Below, in pieces: positions 55,133 through 64,000 of a DNA stretch of 64,000 bases (position 1 is the first letter of the stretch; every line of letters starts with the position of its first letter). Origin of the DNA: Myxococcales bacterium (GTDB lineage: Bacteria > Myxococcota_A > Polyangia > Polyangiales > DASUME01). Below the pieces are notes generated by a model. It did no database searches. It worked only from the letters and a program-made list of their open reading frames with translations, and was not told the origin of the DNA. The position numbers and the translations under genes are program-made. The stretch lies in contig JASGJH010000001.1 of NCBI GenBank assembly GCA_047601445.1, forward strand, positions 6,752,001 through 6,816,000, given 5' to 3'.

Positions 55133-56131
55133 CTACTTGTTGGCCTCTGGAGTGAGGGTCACCGCGAGCTTGCGCATCTCGGCGCAGATCTCCGAGTCGC
55201 TGCCCATGCCTTGGCTCTCGGAGAGCTTCGCGAGCTGAGCAAAGTGCAGGCTCTTGTCCGCGACCTTGGCGCCGGTGGCCTTGAGGATCTCGGAGCTCAC
55301 CTTGTAGACGACCTCCTCTTGGTTCCAGTCCATGGGCACGGTGAAGAGCGTGCCTTTCTTGGTGGCGGTGCCTGCGATCTCGAACCAGTTGCGAATCGAT
55401 TCGGCGCGCTTCCCACTGGCCACATCTCCCGAAACCGTGAGCGTCGAGCCGGGGTCGCCGTCCTTGTCCCAGTCTTCCCAGCCGGGTGAACCACTGCTGC
55501 CCATTTGCTCGAGCGGCGGTAGCGTGGTCTTCGGATCGCGAAAGTCTGGGGAGGCCCCCAGGACCGTGTAGACCCGCTTCATCTTGAGCGTGCAGGTGCT
55601 CGAGCCCGAGACCGTGCCGGTGGCGCCGGCCAGCGGGTTGTTGGCCAGGATCCCGGCGAAGCTGCTGTCCATGTTCACGGCGGCCGAGAGCGCGTCGATC
55701 TTCTTCACCGTCGTTCCGCAGACGAGTCCTTTGCTGATCTCGAGCTTGTCCCCGCTCTGCCCGAGCTCGAGGTAGAACCACCAGATGCCGGCCTGCTTCA
55801 CTTGCAGGCCTGCCGCGACCGAGCGCGTGGTCATGAGCCAGCGACCGGAGAAGTCGCAGTTGGAGTTGGGAGGTGTAGAGGAGCCTTTGCCGCCGTCGTG
55901 GTCCGCAGTGCCGGCATCGCTAAGATCGCTCGGCCCGGCGCCGTCGCCGTCTCCGTCGCCCGGCTCTGGCGTCTCGGTGGGATCGTCGTCGTCCGCTCCT
56001 GCGTCGTCCGCGACTACGTAGGAGGCATCGGTGAGGAAGATGTCGTCAGGGATGTCGGGGACCAGGCATCCAGCGGTACTCGCTCCCGCGACCGCCCACA
56101 GGCAAAGAAAGCAGCTCCTCGTGATCCGCAT
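55133..56131 (-). CDS. Hypothetical lipoprotein
   Basis: Lipobox TAGC, very acidic DAG linker, CDFSGRW start of a beta domain, EDWDKDGDPG Ca-binding-like loop. Confidence 0.75.
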   Translation of the reverse strand: MRITRSCFLCLWAVAGASTAGCLVPDIPDDIFLTDASYVVADDAGADDDDPTETPEPGDGDGDGAGPSDLSDAGTADHDGGKGSSTPPNSNCDFSGRWLMTTRSVAAGLQVKQAGIWWFYLELGQSGDKLEISKGLVCGTTVKKIDALSAAVNMDSSFAGILANNPLAGATGTVSGSSTCTLKMKRVYTVLGASPDFRDPKTTLPPLEQMGSSGSPGWEDWDKDGDPGSTLTVSGDVASGKRAESIRNWFEIAGTATKKGTLFTVPMDWNQEEVVYKVSSEILKATGAKVADKSLHFAQLAKLSESQGMGSDSEICAEMRKLAVTLTPEANK

Positions 56132-56302
56132 GCTCGGTGTAGGCCGAGCGCGCAGGAGACCCTTGGGAGTTTTTGCAGACCGAGATGCGATTTCCGTCCC
56201 TGATGCTGTGAGCTTGCCTACCGAGGTCGATTTCTTGGGGGCTCATGCCGAATTGCCCAATGGGCGCTGGCCCCAGCTGCCTTCACGCGTGGAGGACGAG
56301 AC

Positions 56303-57685
56303 ATGCTGCCGACCAAAGCGAGCGCAGAGAGCAAGCGGCTGGCCCCCGGGCCGAGGGAATGGCCTCTGTTGGGGAACTTGGGCGCGATGCGGGGCCTGTT
56401 GCCGTTCCTCGAGTCTCAGTGGGCCGCGCATGGTGATGCCTTTCGGATCCGGCTTGCGGGCTTCCGAGCCTTGATGGTCGCCCACCCGGACAGCATTCAG
56501 CGTGTACTGGTGGCCAACCGACACAACTACGTGAAAGGCGCGGCCTACGATGGCACGCGCCGCATCCTGGGGGAGAGCCTGGTCACGTTGGACGGTGAAG
56601 CCTGGAAGGAACGGCGTTCGCTGGCCCAACCTGCGTTTCATCGTCAGGCCCTGGAGAAACTCGCGGCCATCATGGTGGAGAGCGGCGCGCGCTTCTTCGA
56701 CGCCCTCGATGAAAGGCTCGGTCAGGAGGGAGCCGTGGTCGACGTGCACGAGGAGATGGTGCGGCTGACCCTCGACGTGGTGATCAGCGCACTGTTCGGG
56801 CGCGGCACCATCGAGAACAGTGAGATCTCCTACGAGGCGCTGGGGCAGACGCTGGAATTGCTGAGTGTCGGAGCGAACGGTGCGCAGCTCCCGCCCTGGG
56901 TGCCCACGCCTCGCAACTTGCGCTTTCACCGCACCGTACGGGCGCTCGACGCCAACGTGTACAAGATCATCGAGACCGGGCGTGCTCAGAACGCCGAAGG
57001 CACGTTGCTCTCGATGCTGCTCGCCAGCCGCGACGAAAACGGTCAGCCCCTCTCGGACAAAGCGCTGCGCGACGAGGTGATCACGCTGTTTTTGGCTGGG
57101 CACGAGACCACGGCACTCACCTTGAGCTGGATGTTCGTGCTGCTCGAGCAGGAGCGCGAGGTCATCGCCCGCATGCGCAGCGAGGTCGATAGTGTGCTCG
57201 GAGGACGCGAGCCCGGCTTCGCCGACGTCCCGAAGCTCGCTTACCTGCGCCAGGTCATCGACGAGACCCTGCGTCTGCGGCCCCCGGCGGCGATGGTGGC
57301 GCGCAATGCCATTGCCGAGGACGTCTTGGGCGGGTTCTACGTGGGCGGGGGCGAATGCGTGGTGCCCTTCATTTGGGCTGCCCATCGTCATCCGGACTAC
57401 TGGCAGGACCCGCTGCGCTTCGACCCGGAGCGCTTCACGGCCGCGGCCAGCAAGGGACGCCACACGAGCAGCTATCTCCCCTTCTCGGGCGGGCCGCGCA
57501 TCTGCATCGGCAATACCTTCTCCCTGGTCGAGACGGTGCTCTTGGTCGCTCAAATGTTCAGTCGCTTCGACATGGAGATCCTCTCCTGCGCGGACGTAAA
57601 GCCCGTGGCGATCGGCACCGTGCGCCCGTCGCATCCGGTGCGTGTGCGGCTCTCCCGACGTCGTCGCCCCTTGCGGGTGGCCTGA
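56303..57685 (+). CDS. Cytochrome P450
   Basis: GGAGG RBS; PGP N-terminus; I-helix FLAGHETT; ETLR (ExxR); DPERF; haem motif FSGGPRICIG. Confidence 0.95.
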   Translation: MLPTKASAESKRLAPGPREWPLLGNLGAMRGLLPFLESQWAAHGDAFRIRLAGFRALMVAHPDSIQRVLVANRHNYVKGAAYDGTRRILGESLVTLDGEAWKERRSLAQPAFHRQALEKLAAIMVESGARFFDALDERLGQEGAVVDVHEEMVRLTLDVVISALFGRGTIENSEISYEALGQTLELLSVGANGAQLPPWVPTPRNLRFHRTVRALDANVYKIIETGRAQNAEGTLLSMLLASRDENGQPLSDKALRDEVITLFLAGHETTALTLSWMFVLLEQEREVIARMRSEVDSVLGGREPGFADVPKLAYLRQVIDETLRLRPPAAMVARNAIAEDVLGGFYVGGGECVVPFIWAAHRHPDYWQDPLRFDPERFTAAASKGRHTSSYLPFSGGPRICIGNTFSLVETVLLVAQMFSRFDMEILSCADVKPVAIGTVRPSHPVRVRLSRRRRPLRVA

Positions 57686-57757
57686 GCGGCAAGTACTTGG
57701 CCGTCCCCGGCCGGTCGGGGACGCGTATAGTCAGCCCAAATTTCCACTCGAGTGTGC

Positions 57758-58684
57758 ATGTCCCCGAGGTCTTCCCTTCTGCAACCGAGGCTGTCCGCGC
57801 TGGCGGCGGCCACCGGGTTCGTCCTTTTGGCCTGCGAGTCCGCGGCCGGTCCGAAGCTTCCGCCGCTCGAAGGGCCGGGAGCCGCTCCCGCCCCCGTGAT
57901 CGCGGTGCCGGCGATCGCCCGCGACGACGAGCAAGCGGCCGATTCTGCCCACGCCAGCACGGGTACCCTCCGCGCCAAGGAGATGGCGGCCATCGGTCCC
58001 AAAGAGGCGGGGGTCATCACGAGCTTGCCGGTCGCCGAAGGGGATCGGGTTCGCAAGGGGCAGCTGCTCTTCCGCCTGGACTCCGCCCAAGTGGAGCTCG
58101 CCATCGAGCAGGCCAAGGCTGCGCTTGCCTCCGCCAAGGTCCAAGCCGACTCGGCGCAGACGCTGTTCGATCGCGTGAAGGCGCTGCGAGAGCGCGGGGC
58201 GGCCACGCCCGATGCCTACGACCAGGCCAAGGCGCAGGTCGATAGCGCGCGCAGTCTCGAGGTGCAGGCGCAAGCATCGCTCGATTTGGCCGCGCACCGC
58301 CTCAACAACATGTCGGTGAGTTCACCCATCGACGGCATCGTCACCGAGAAGCGCATGAACCTGGGGGAGAGCGCGACGCTGATGCCCCCCTCGGTGGTGC
58401 TGGTGATTCAGAACGTGGACATGCTCGAGCTGCGGGCGCGCCTGCCCGAGGCCGCCCTCGCGGTCGTCAAGGTCGGCAGCACGGTCAGCGCGCTCTTTCC
58501 TGCCATCGGCATCAAGCGTGACGTCCAGATCAAGCGTCTCGCTCCGACCGTGGACCCACGCAGTCGGACCATCGAGATCATCGGCGACGTGCCGAACCGC
58601 GACCATCGCTTGCTGGCGGGCATGCTGGTGGAAGTGGCCTATGGGCCAGAAGCAGGCGAGCAGCAGGCGAAAGCGACGCCATGA
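57758..58684 (+). CDS. RND efflux periplasmic adaptor (MFP) lipoprotein
   Basis: Lipobox LLAC; VAEGDRVRKGQLLFRLD, SPIDGIV, PTVDPRSRT, LLAGM. Confidence 0.92.
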   Translation: MSPRSSLLQPRLSALAAATGFVLLACESAAGPKLPPLEGPGAAPAPVIAVPAIARDDEQAADSAHASTGTLRAKEMAAIGPKEAGVITSLPVAEGDRVRKGQLLFRLDSAQVELAIEQAKAALASAKVQADSAQTLFDRVKALRERGAATPDAYDQAKAQVDSARSLEVQAQASLDLAAHRLNNMSVSSPIDGIVTEKRMNLGESATLMPPSVVLVIQNVDMLELRARLPEAALAVVKVGSTVSALFPAIGIKRDVQIKRLAPTVDPRSRTIEIIGDVPNRDHRLLAGMLVEVAYGPEAGEQQAKATP

Positions 58685-61600
58685 GGCCGGCCGACGTCTT
58701 CATCCGGCGGCCTGTGTTCGCGGTCATGCTGGTCGCGGCGCTCGTGGTGTTGGGGCTGGTGAGCTATCCGCGCATCGGCGTGGACCTCTTCCCCGACGTG
58801 GAGTACCCGGTGGTCACCGTGGTGGTCACCTACCCGGGGGCCGATCCGGAGACCATGGAGAGCAAGGTGGCCGACCCGATCGAGGAGGCCATCAACTCTC
58901 TGGCGGGCATCAAGGCGCTGCGCTCGACCAACATGGAGGGCACCACCCAGGTGACCGTCGAGTTCGAGCTCGACGCGGAGCTCTCCATCGATCGCGCGGT
59001 CCAGGAGATTCGCGATCGGGTCTCCGCGATTCAGAACGACTTGCCCGACGGCATCGACCCGCCCGTCGTGCAGAAGTTCGACGTGGGAGCGGCGCCGATT
59101 ATGAGCATCGCGCTCGCGGGAAAGCTGGACGCGCGCGCACTCACGACGCTCGCGGAGAAGGTCGTCAAGGAGCGCATTCAGCGTGTGCCTGGGGTCGGCG
59201 GCGTGGAGCTGATCGGCGGCCGCGACCGCGAGATCCACGTGGCTGTGGATGCGGGCAAGTTGAGCGGACTCGGCTTGACGGTTCAGGACGTGGCCGACGC
59301 CATCCGCGCCCAGAACGTGTCTTTGCCAGCCGGAACCTTCGACCGCGACGTCCGCGAGATCACGGCCAAGACCCGCGGCGACGTGAAGACGGCCCGGGAG
59401 GTCTCGGAGATCCTGCTGCCAGGTACCCAGGGCGGCGGCGTGCGCGTGGGCGACGTGGCGAGCGTGCTCGACGCCATGGAACGGGCAGACTCGAGCAGTG
59501 CCCTCGATGGTCGCACGGCGATCGCGCTGTTCGTGCGCAAGCAGTCGGGGGCGAACACGGTGGCCGTTTCGGGGGCCGTGCGGCAAGCGTTAGCCGAGCT
59601 CGAGCCGAGGATCACCCGCGAGGGCGCGAGCCTGGCCGTCCCCACCGATGACTCGACCTACATCAAGCACTCGATCCGGGACGTGCAGTTCGATCTGGTG
59701 TTCGGCGGGTTGCTCGCAGCGGCCATCATCCTGCTGTTCTTGCGCGACTGGCGTGCGACGCTGATCAGCGCGGTGGCCATCCCCACCAGCGTGGTGGGTA
59801 CCTTCGCCTTCATGAACTGGCTGGGCTTCACCTTCAACAATATGACCATGTTGGCGCTCTCGCTCTCGATTGGGGTGCTCATCGATGACGCCATCGTGGT
59901 GATCGAGAACATCCATCGCCACCTCGAGCGAGGCAACTCGCCGGCCAAGGCCGCTTCCGACGGAGCTGCGCAGATCTTCCTGGCGGTGCTCGCGACCACC
60001 TCGTCGATCGTGGCGGTGTTCGTGCCGGTCGCGACCATGCGCGGCATCGTCGGACGCTTCTTCTATCAGTTCGGCATCACGGTGTCCGTGGCGGTGACCC
60101 TGTCGATGCTGGTGTCCTTCACGCTCACGCCCATGCTCAGTTCGCGCTTCCTGGGGACAGCCCATGGCGCGCCTCCGAGTCGCCTGGGCCGTGGCCTCGA
60201 GGTCGTGCTGCGCGCCATGGATCAACGCTACGGTCGGGTCGTCGGCTGGGCGCTCGATCACCGCGTCTTCACGCTGGCCGTGGCGGCGCTGGCTCTCACT
60301 GCATCCCTGGCGACGGCGCGGCGTTTGCGCACCGAGTACATGCCCTCGGAGGATCGCGCGCAGCTCAACTTGCAGATCGAGCTCGCCTCGGGCAGTTCCC
60401 TCGCAGCGACCACCGCGGTCACCGAAGCGGTGGCGACGGACCTGCGCAAGCACGTGCCCGGCGTGGCGCACACGTTCGCCACGGTGGGGGCAGGCAGCCA
60501 GGGACGCCGCAACGTCGGTGAAATCCAGCTGACCCTGGTGCCGAGCAAACAACGCGCGTTCCACCAGGATCAGCTCATGGTCTGGCTGCGCCAACGCCTC
60601 GGCAGGGTGGCCAACGCGCGGATCACCGTGCAGTCGATTCCGCCCATGGGTGGTCAGGCCTCCCGTGCGCAGCCGATTCAGTTCTTCGTGCGCGGGCCCG
60701 ATATCGACGAGCTGGTGAGGAGCACGGACGGGCTCGAGGCCGAGCTGTCTCGCATCAAGGGCTTCGTGGACCTCGACACCACCTACCGCGGCGGCAAGCC
60801 CGAGCTCGCGATCCACATCGACCGCGGTGCGGCCGCTAGCCTAGGCGTGTCGGTCGCCGACGTGGCCAACACCGTGCGCATCCTGATGGCAGGTAGTCCG
60901 GTCAGCGAGATCAAGGACGGCGTGGAGACCCACGACATCGTGGTGCAGCTCTCCGACGTCGACCGCCAGAAAGTGGAATCCCTGGCCAACATGCAGGTGC
61001 GCTCCGCGAGCGGTCTCTTGGTCGACTTGAGCAACATCGTGCACGTGCGCCACGGCCAGGGGCCGAGTCAGATCGAGCGCGAGGCCCGTCAACGCCAGAT
61101 CACACTGCTCGCAGGACTCGAGGGCCTGACCCTGGGCGAGGCCTCCAAGCTCGTGCAAGACACCGCACGGCGCGTGGTGCCGGGCGCCCTGGTCACCGGA
61201 TTTGCGGGACTCGCCGAGACCATGAACGAGAGCTTCGTGGCGATGGGTGTGTCGCTGCTCTTGGCCGTGGTCTTCGTGTACATGATCCTGGCGGCCCAGT
61301 TCGATAGCTTCGTGCAGCCGCTCGTGATCATGCTGTCGCTGCCGTTCTCGCTGGTGGGGGCCTTCGGAGCGCTGCATCTGGCGGGTCAGACGCTGAACGT
61401 GTTCTCCATGATCGGCGTGATCATGTTGATGGGCCTCGTGACCAAGAACGCCATCTTGCTGGTGGACTTTGCCAATCAGCAGCGCGCGGGGTCCGCTGAC
61501 TTGAAGCGCGTGCTGATCGACGCGGGCGTGGCGCGCCTACGCCCGATCGTCATGACCACCGCGGCGATGGTGTTCGGCATGATCCCCGTGGCCGCAGCGT

Positions 61601-61806
61601 GGAGCGAGGGCGGCGAGGTGCGTGCGCCGATGGCCATCTGCGTGATCGGCGGCCTCTTGACGTCGATGGTGCTGACGTTGGTGGTGGTGCCGGTCGCCTA
61701 CTCGTTGACGGAATCGATGCTGCACACGAGGCCGGCCCTGTGGCTCAAGGCGCGCGCGGTGGGCGCGCGGGGTGCCGAGGCAGAGATCGAAGGGAGTGCG
61801 CAGTGA
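58681..61806 (+). CDS. RND efflux permease (AcrB/MdtB-like)
   Basis: FIRRPVFA; proton-relay motifs LIDDAIVVIENI, TKNAILLVD and RLRPIVMTT intact; 1041 aa. Confidence 0.95.
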   Translation: MRPADVFIRRPVFAVMLVAALVVLGLVSYPRIGVDLFPDVEYPVVTVVVTYPGADPETMESKVADPIEEAINSLAGIKALRSTNMEGTTQVTVEFELDAELSIDRAVQEIRDRVSAIQNDLPDGIDPPVVQKFDVGAAPIMSIALAGKLDARALTTLAEKVVKERIQRVPGVGGVELIGGRDREIHVAVDAGKLSGLGLTVQDVADAIRAQNVSLPAGTFDRDVREITAKTRGDVKTAREVSEILLPGTQGGGVRVGDVASVLDAMERADSSSALDGRTAIALFVRKQSGANTVAVSGAVRQALAELEPRITREGASLAVPTDDSTYIKHSIRDVQFDLVFGGLLAAAIILLFLRDWRATLISAVAIPTSVVGTFAFMNWLGFTFNNMTMLALSLSIGVLIDDAIVVIENIHRHLERGNSPAKAASDGAAQIFLAVLATTSSIVAVFVPVATMRGIVGRFFYQFGITVSVAVTLSMLVSFTLTPMLSSRFLGTAHGAPPSRLGRGLEVVLRAMDQRYGRVVGWALDHRVFTLAVAALALTASLATARRLRTEYMPSEDRAQLNLQIELASGSSLAATTAVTEAVATDLRKHVPGVAHTFATVGAGSQGRRNVGEIQLTLVPSKQRAFHQDQLMVWLRQRLGRVANARITVQSIPPMGGQASRAQPIQFFVRGPDIDELVRSTDGLEAELSRIKGFVDLDTTYRGGKPELAIHIDRGAAASLGVSVADVANTVRILMAGSPVSEIKDGVETHDIVVQLSDVDRQKVESLANMQVRSASGLLVDLSNIVHVRHGQGPSQIEREARQRQITLLAGLEGLTLGEASKLVQDTARRVVPGALVTGFAGLAETMNESFVAMGVSLLLAVVFVYMILAAQFDSFVQPLVIMLSLPFSLVGAFGALHLAGQTLNVFSMIGVIMLMGLVTKNAILLVDFANQQRAGSADLKRVLIDAGVARLRPIVMTTAAMVFGMIPVAAAWSEGGEVRAPMAICVIGGLLTSMVLTLVVVPVAYSLTESMLHTRPALWLKARAVGARGAEAEIEGSAQ

Positions 61807-63293
61807 GGGGCTCGTGTCGTGCGATGTTGACGCTGGCATTGGCCTGGCAAGCTTGGCAACTCGATGGGGCGCCCTGTCGCGCCGAGACGGCACCGCAGGT
61901 GCCCACGAGCGTCGTGGTGCAGCCAGGTGGCCTCACGTCTCAAGACGTGGCGGGGCGAGCCGTGCAAGCCAGCGCGTCGCTCTCCCAGAAGCGGGCCGAG
62001 CTGGAGGCTGCCAACGCGCGCATGCAGGCGACGCGCCGGCAGCTCGTGCCGCAGCTCACCGTGAAGGGGAGCTACACGCGGCTGTCGCCGCTCACCACCA
62101 ACTTTGGCAATGGCTTCATGGTTGGCGCTGGCCACGAAGGCATGATCACGACAGGGCCGTGTCCCGGTCCCGCAGCCGGTACCAACTGCGTGCTCGACTC
62201 GGCGGGCGACCCAGTCCAGGCCGGACGCACCTCCATCACCTTCCCGACCAACAACTATGCGCTGAACGCCAGCGTCATCATCCCGCTGTCGGACTCCCTG
62301 TTCCGCTTCTCGCATGCGCTCGCGGTGGCCTCCAAGGACCGCGACGCCGCCAACTACGCGCTCGAGGCGGAGCGGCTCAAGGTGCGCTCCGATGCTCGCG
62401 TTCTGTACTTCAACTGGGTGCGCACGCACGGTCAGGTCAGCATCGCGGCTCAAGCGTGTCAGCAGACGCAGGCGCGCCTGGTGGAAGCCAAGACGGCCTT
62501 CGAGCTCGGTGCACTGTCGCAGGCCGACGTGTTGAAGGTCGAGGCCTTGGTGGCCAACGCGCTGCGCGCCCTTCAAGACACCGAGACGGGCCGCGAGCTG
62601 GCCCGGCGGCAGCTCGCCATCGTCATGGATGACCATGCTGCGAGCGACTACCAGGTGGGCGAGGAGGTGCCCTCCGCGGATGCCAAGGACGCAGACTTGG
62701 GGTCGGACGACGAACTCGTGAACGGAGCCCTGGCACGCCGCCTCGAGCTGAAGTCGGTGGAAGCCTCGGCGCGCTCCCTGACCCACGCCGTGGCCTCGCT
62801 AAAAGTGACGCGTGCGCCGCGTGTGGATGCCGTGGGACAGGTGGACTACGGCAACCCGAACCAACGCTATTTTCCACCCACGCCGGTGTGGCGAGTGACC
62901 TGGTCGGTGGGGCTGGTCGCGAGCTGGAACCTCAGTGATGCGTACGTGGCGGGCGGCCGCGTGCGCGAAGTCGTGGCCAAGCGCGAGGCGCTGCTGGCCC
63001 AGGGCGAGCAAGTGGCGGAGGGCATCGCCCGCGAGATCGCCGGCGCGCAGGCCGCCGTGAAGAGCGCCCGCGCGGCGCTCGCGGCTGCGGACGTGAACCT
63101 GGGGGCGCAACAGGAGGGCTATCGCGTGGCCAGCGAAGCCTTCGCGCTCGGCAAGGTAACGGCCACGGACTTGGTGGACGCCGAGTCGGATTTGTTCAAC
63201 GCGCGCCTGGGCCTGCTGGACGGACGCATCGACATGGCGATCGCCTTGATCCGGCTGGAGCACGCCCTGGGCAACGACGGTCCTGGTCGCTAG
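61803..63293 (+). CDS. TolC-family outer-membrane efflux protein
   Basis: GTG overlapping the RND stop (or ATG 61824); two OEP repeats (LVPQLTVKGSY; APRVDAVG...FALGKVTATDLVDAE). Confidence 0.88.
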   Translation: MRGSCRAMLTLALAWQAWQLDGAPCRAETAPQVPTSVVVQPGGLTSQDVAGRAVQASASLSQKRAELEAANARMQATRRQLVPQLTVKGSYTRLSPLTTNFGNGFMVGAGHEGMITTGPCPGPAAGTNCVLDSAGDPVQAGRTSITFPTNNYALNASVIIPLSDSLFRFSHALAVASKDRDAANYALEAERLKVRSDARVLYFNWVRTHGQVSIAAQACQQTQARLVEAKTAFELGALSQADVLKVEALVANALRALQDTETGRELARRQLAIVMDDHAASDYQVGEEVPSADAKDADLGSDDELVNGALARRLELKSVEASARSLTHAVASLKVTRAPRVDAVGQVDYGNPNQRYFPPTPVWRVTWSVGLVASWNLSDAYVAGGRVREVVAKREALLAQGEQVAEGIAREIAGAQAAVKSARAALAAADVNLGAQQEGYRVASEAFALGKVTATDLVDAESDLFNARLGLLDGRIDMAIALIRLEHALGNDGPGR

Positions 63294-63318
63294 TCGCCGC
63301 AGGCGCGTGAGGGCACCG

Positions 63319-64000
63319 ATGAGAATCGCAGACATCTTCATTCGCAGGCCCGTGTTCGCGGTGATGCTGGTGTTGGCGCCGGTCGTCTTTGGCTTGCTGA
63401 GCTATCGAGAGATCGGTGTCGATCTGTATCCGGACGTCGACATGCCCGTGGTGACCGTGTCCGTCGTGTACCCGGGCGGCGATCCCGAGACGATGGAGAC
63501 GCAGGTGGCCGCTCCGATCGAGGAGGCCGTCAACACGGTGAGCGGGATCAAGGCGCTGCGTTCGACCAGCATGGAGGGCGCCTGTCAGATCGTCGTGGAA
63601 TTCCGGCTCGACGTGGCCGGCGACGTGGCCATGCAGGATGTCCGCGATCGCGTGGCCACCGTGGTCGGCAAGCTGCCGCGCGGGGCGCGGGCACCCGTGG
63701 TGCGCAAGTTCGACGTGGGCGCCGAGCCCATCCTGAGCATCGCGGTGGGCGGCGAGTTGCAGCCCAGGGAGCTCACGCGTCTGGCCGACAAGGTCGTGCG
63801 CGAGCGCGTGCAGCGCGTGGACGGGATCGGCAGCGTGGACCTGATCGGCAGTGCGGAGCGCCGCATCAACGTCACCCTGGACGCCAACAAGCTCTCCGGA
63901 CTCGGCCTCACCGTCGATGATGTCTCGAGCGCCATCCGCTCCCAAAACATCTCGGTGCCCGCGGGGACACTCGAGCGCGGCAATTTGGAGCTCTCCATCA
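63319..64000 (+). CDS. Second RND efflux permease, 5' part (runs off the window)
   Basis: Manual translation MRIADIFIRRPVFAVML..GVDLYPDVDMPVVTV..YPGGDPETMETQVAAPIEEAVN; clear paralog of 58681..61806. Confidence 0.9.
   Translation, partial: MRIADIFIRRPVFAVMLVLAPVVFGLLSYREIGVDLYPDVDMPVVTVSVVYPGGDPETMETQVAAPIEEAVNTVSGIKALRSTSMEGACQIVVEFRLDVAGDVAMQDVRDRVATVVGKLPRGARAPVVRKFDVGAEPILSIAVGGELQPRELTRLADKVVRERVQRVDGIGSVDLIGSAERRINVTLDANKLSGLGLTVDDVSSAIRSQNISVPAGTLERGNLELSI

Noticed and set aside
2278..63945. Many long antisense or alternate-frame ORFs (e.g. 2278..4017, 5067..6977, 8882..11080, 19162..20583, 48928..50430, 56243..57634, 59590..60816)
   Set aside because: They are shadow ORFs overlapping well-supported genes, with Arg/Ala/Gly-rich composition and no motifs, as expected in high-GC DNA.

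Overview
High-GC bacterial chromosomal DNA, most likely Myxococcota. This is inferred from a MYXO-CTERM-like sorting signal, many Cys-rich lipoproteins with DAG/DGG acidic linkers, Ser/Thr kinases, sigma54 activators and an ECF/anti-sigma cassette. I found about 46 protein-coding genes and no rRNA, tRNA, CRISPR array, transposase or integrase. Main blocks: (i) 2.4-23.4 kb, two paralogous, oppositely oriented signalling cassettes, each with an outer-membrane barrel (TonB-dependent receptor or porin), periplasmic binding-fold proteins lacking any ABC permease/ATPase, a single-domain response regulator and a hybrid kinase with two REC domains plus Hpt; a MocR/EamA pair and a sigma54 activator lie between them; (ii) 23.5-26.4 kb, orphan ORFs; (iii) a RoxA-like dihaem cytochrome c with a chalcone-isomerase-like gene and a divergent TetR; (iv) an ECF sigma cassette; (v) a bEBP, AraC/DUF1993, an HExxH lipoprotein, a CTGAAA-rich intergenic region, a Ser/Thr kinase, a DprE1-like oxidoreductase and several lipoproteins; (vi) an 1843-aa STK-AAA-GAF-PAS-HK; (vii) 51-64 kb, a divergent lipoprotein-FadL-Cys-rich lipoprotein-MlaE-LuxR / P450-MFP-RND-TolC-RND locus that looks like an import-oxidise-export system for a hydrophobic compound. 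Four genes are broken by five apparent +1 single-base insertions, probably sequencing or assembly errors. All functional calls come from reading motifs by eye; no database searches were run.
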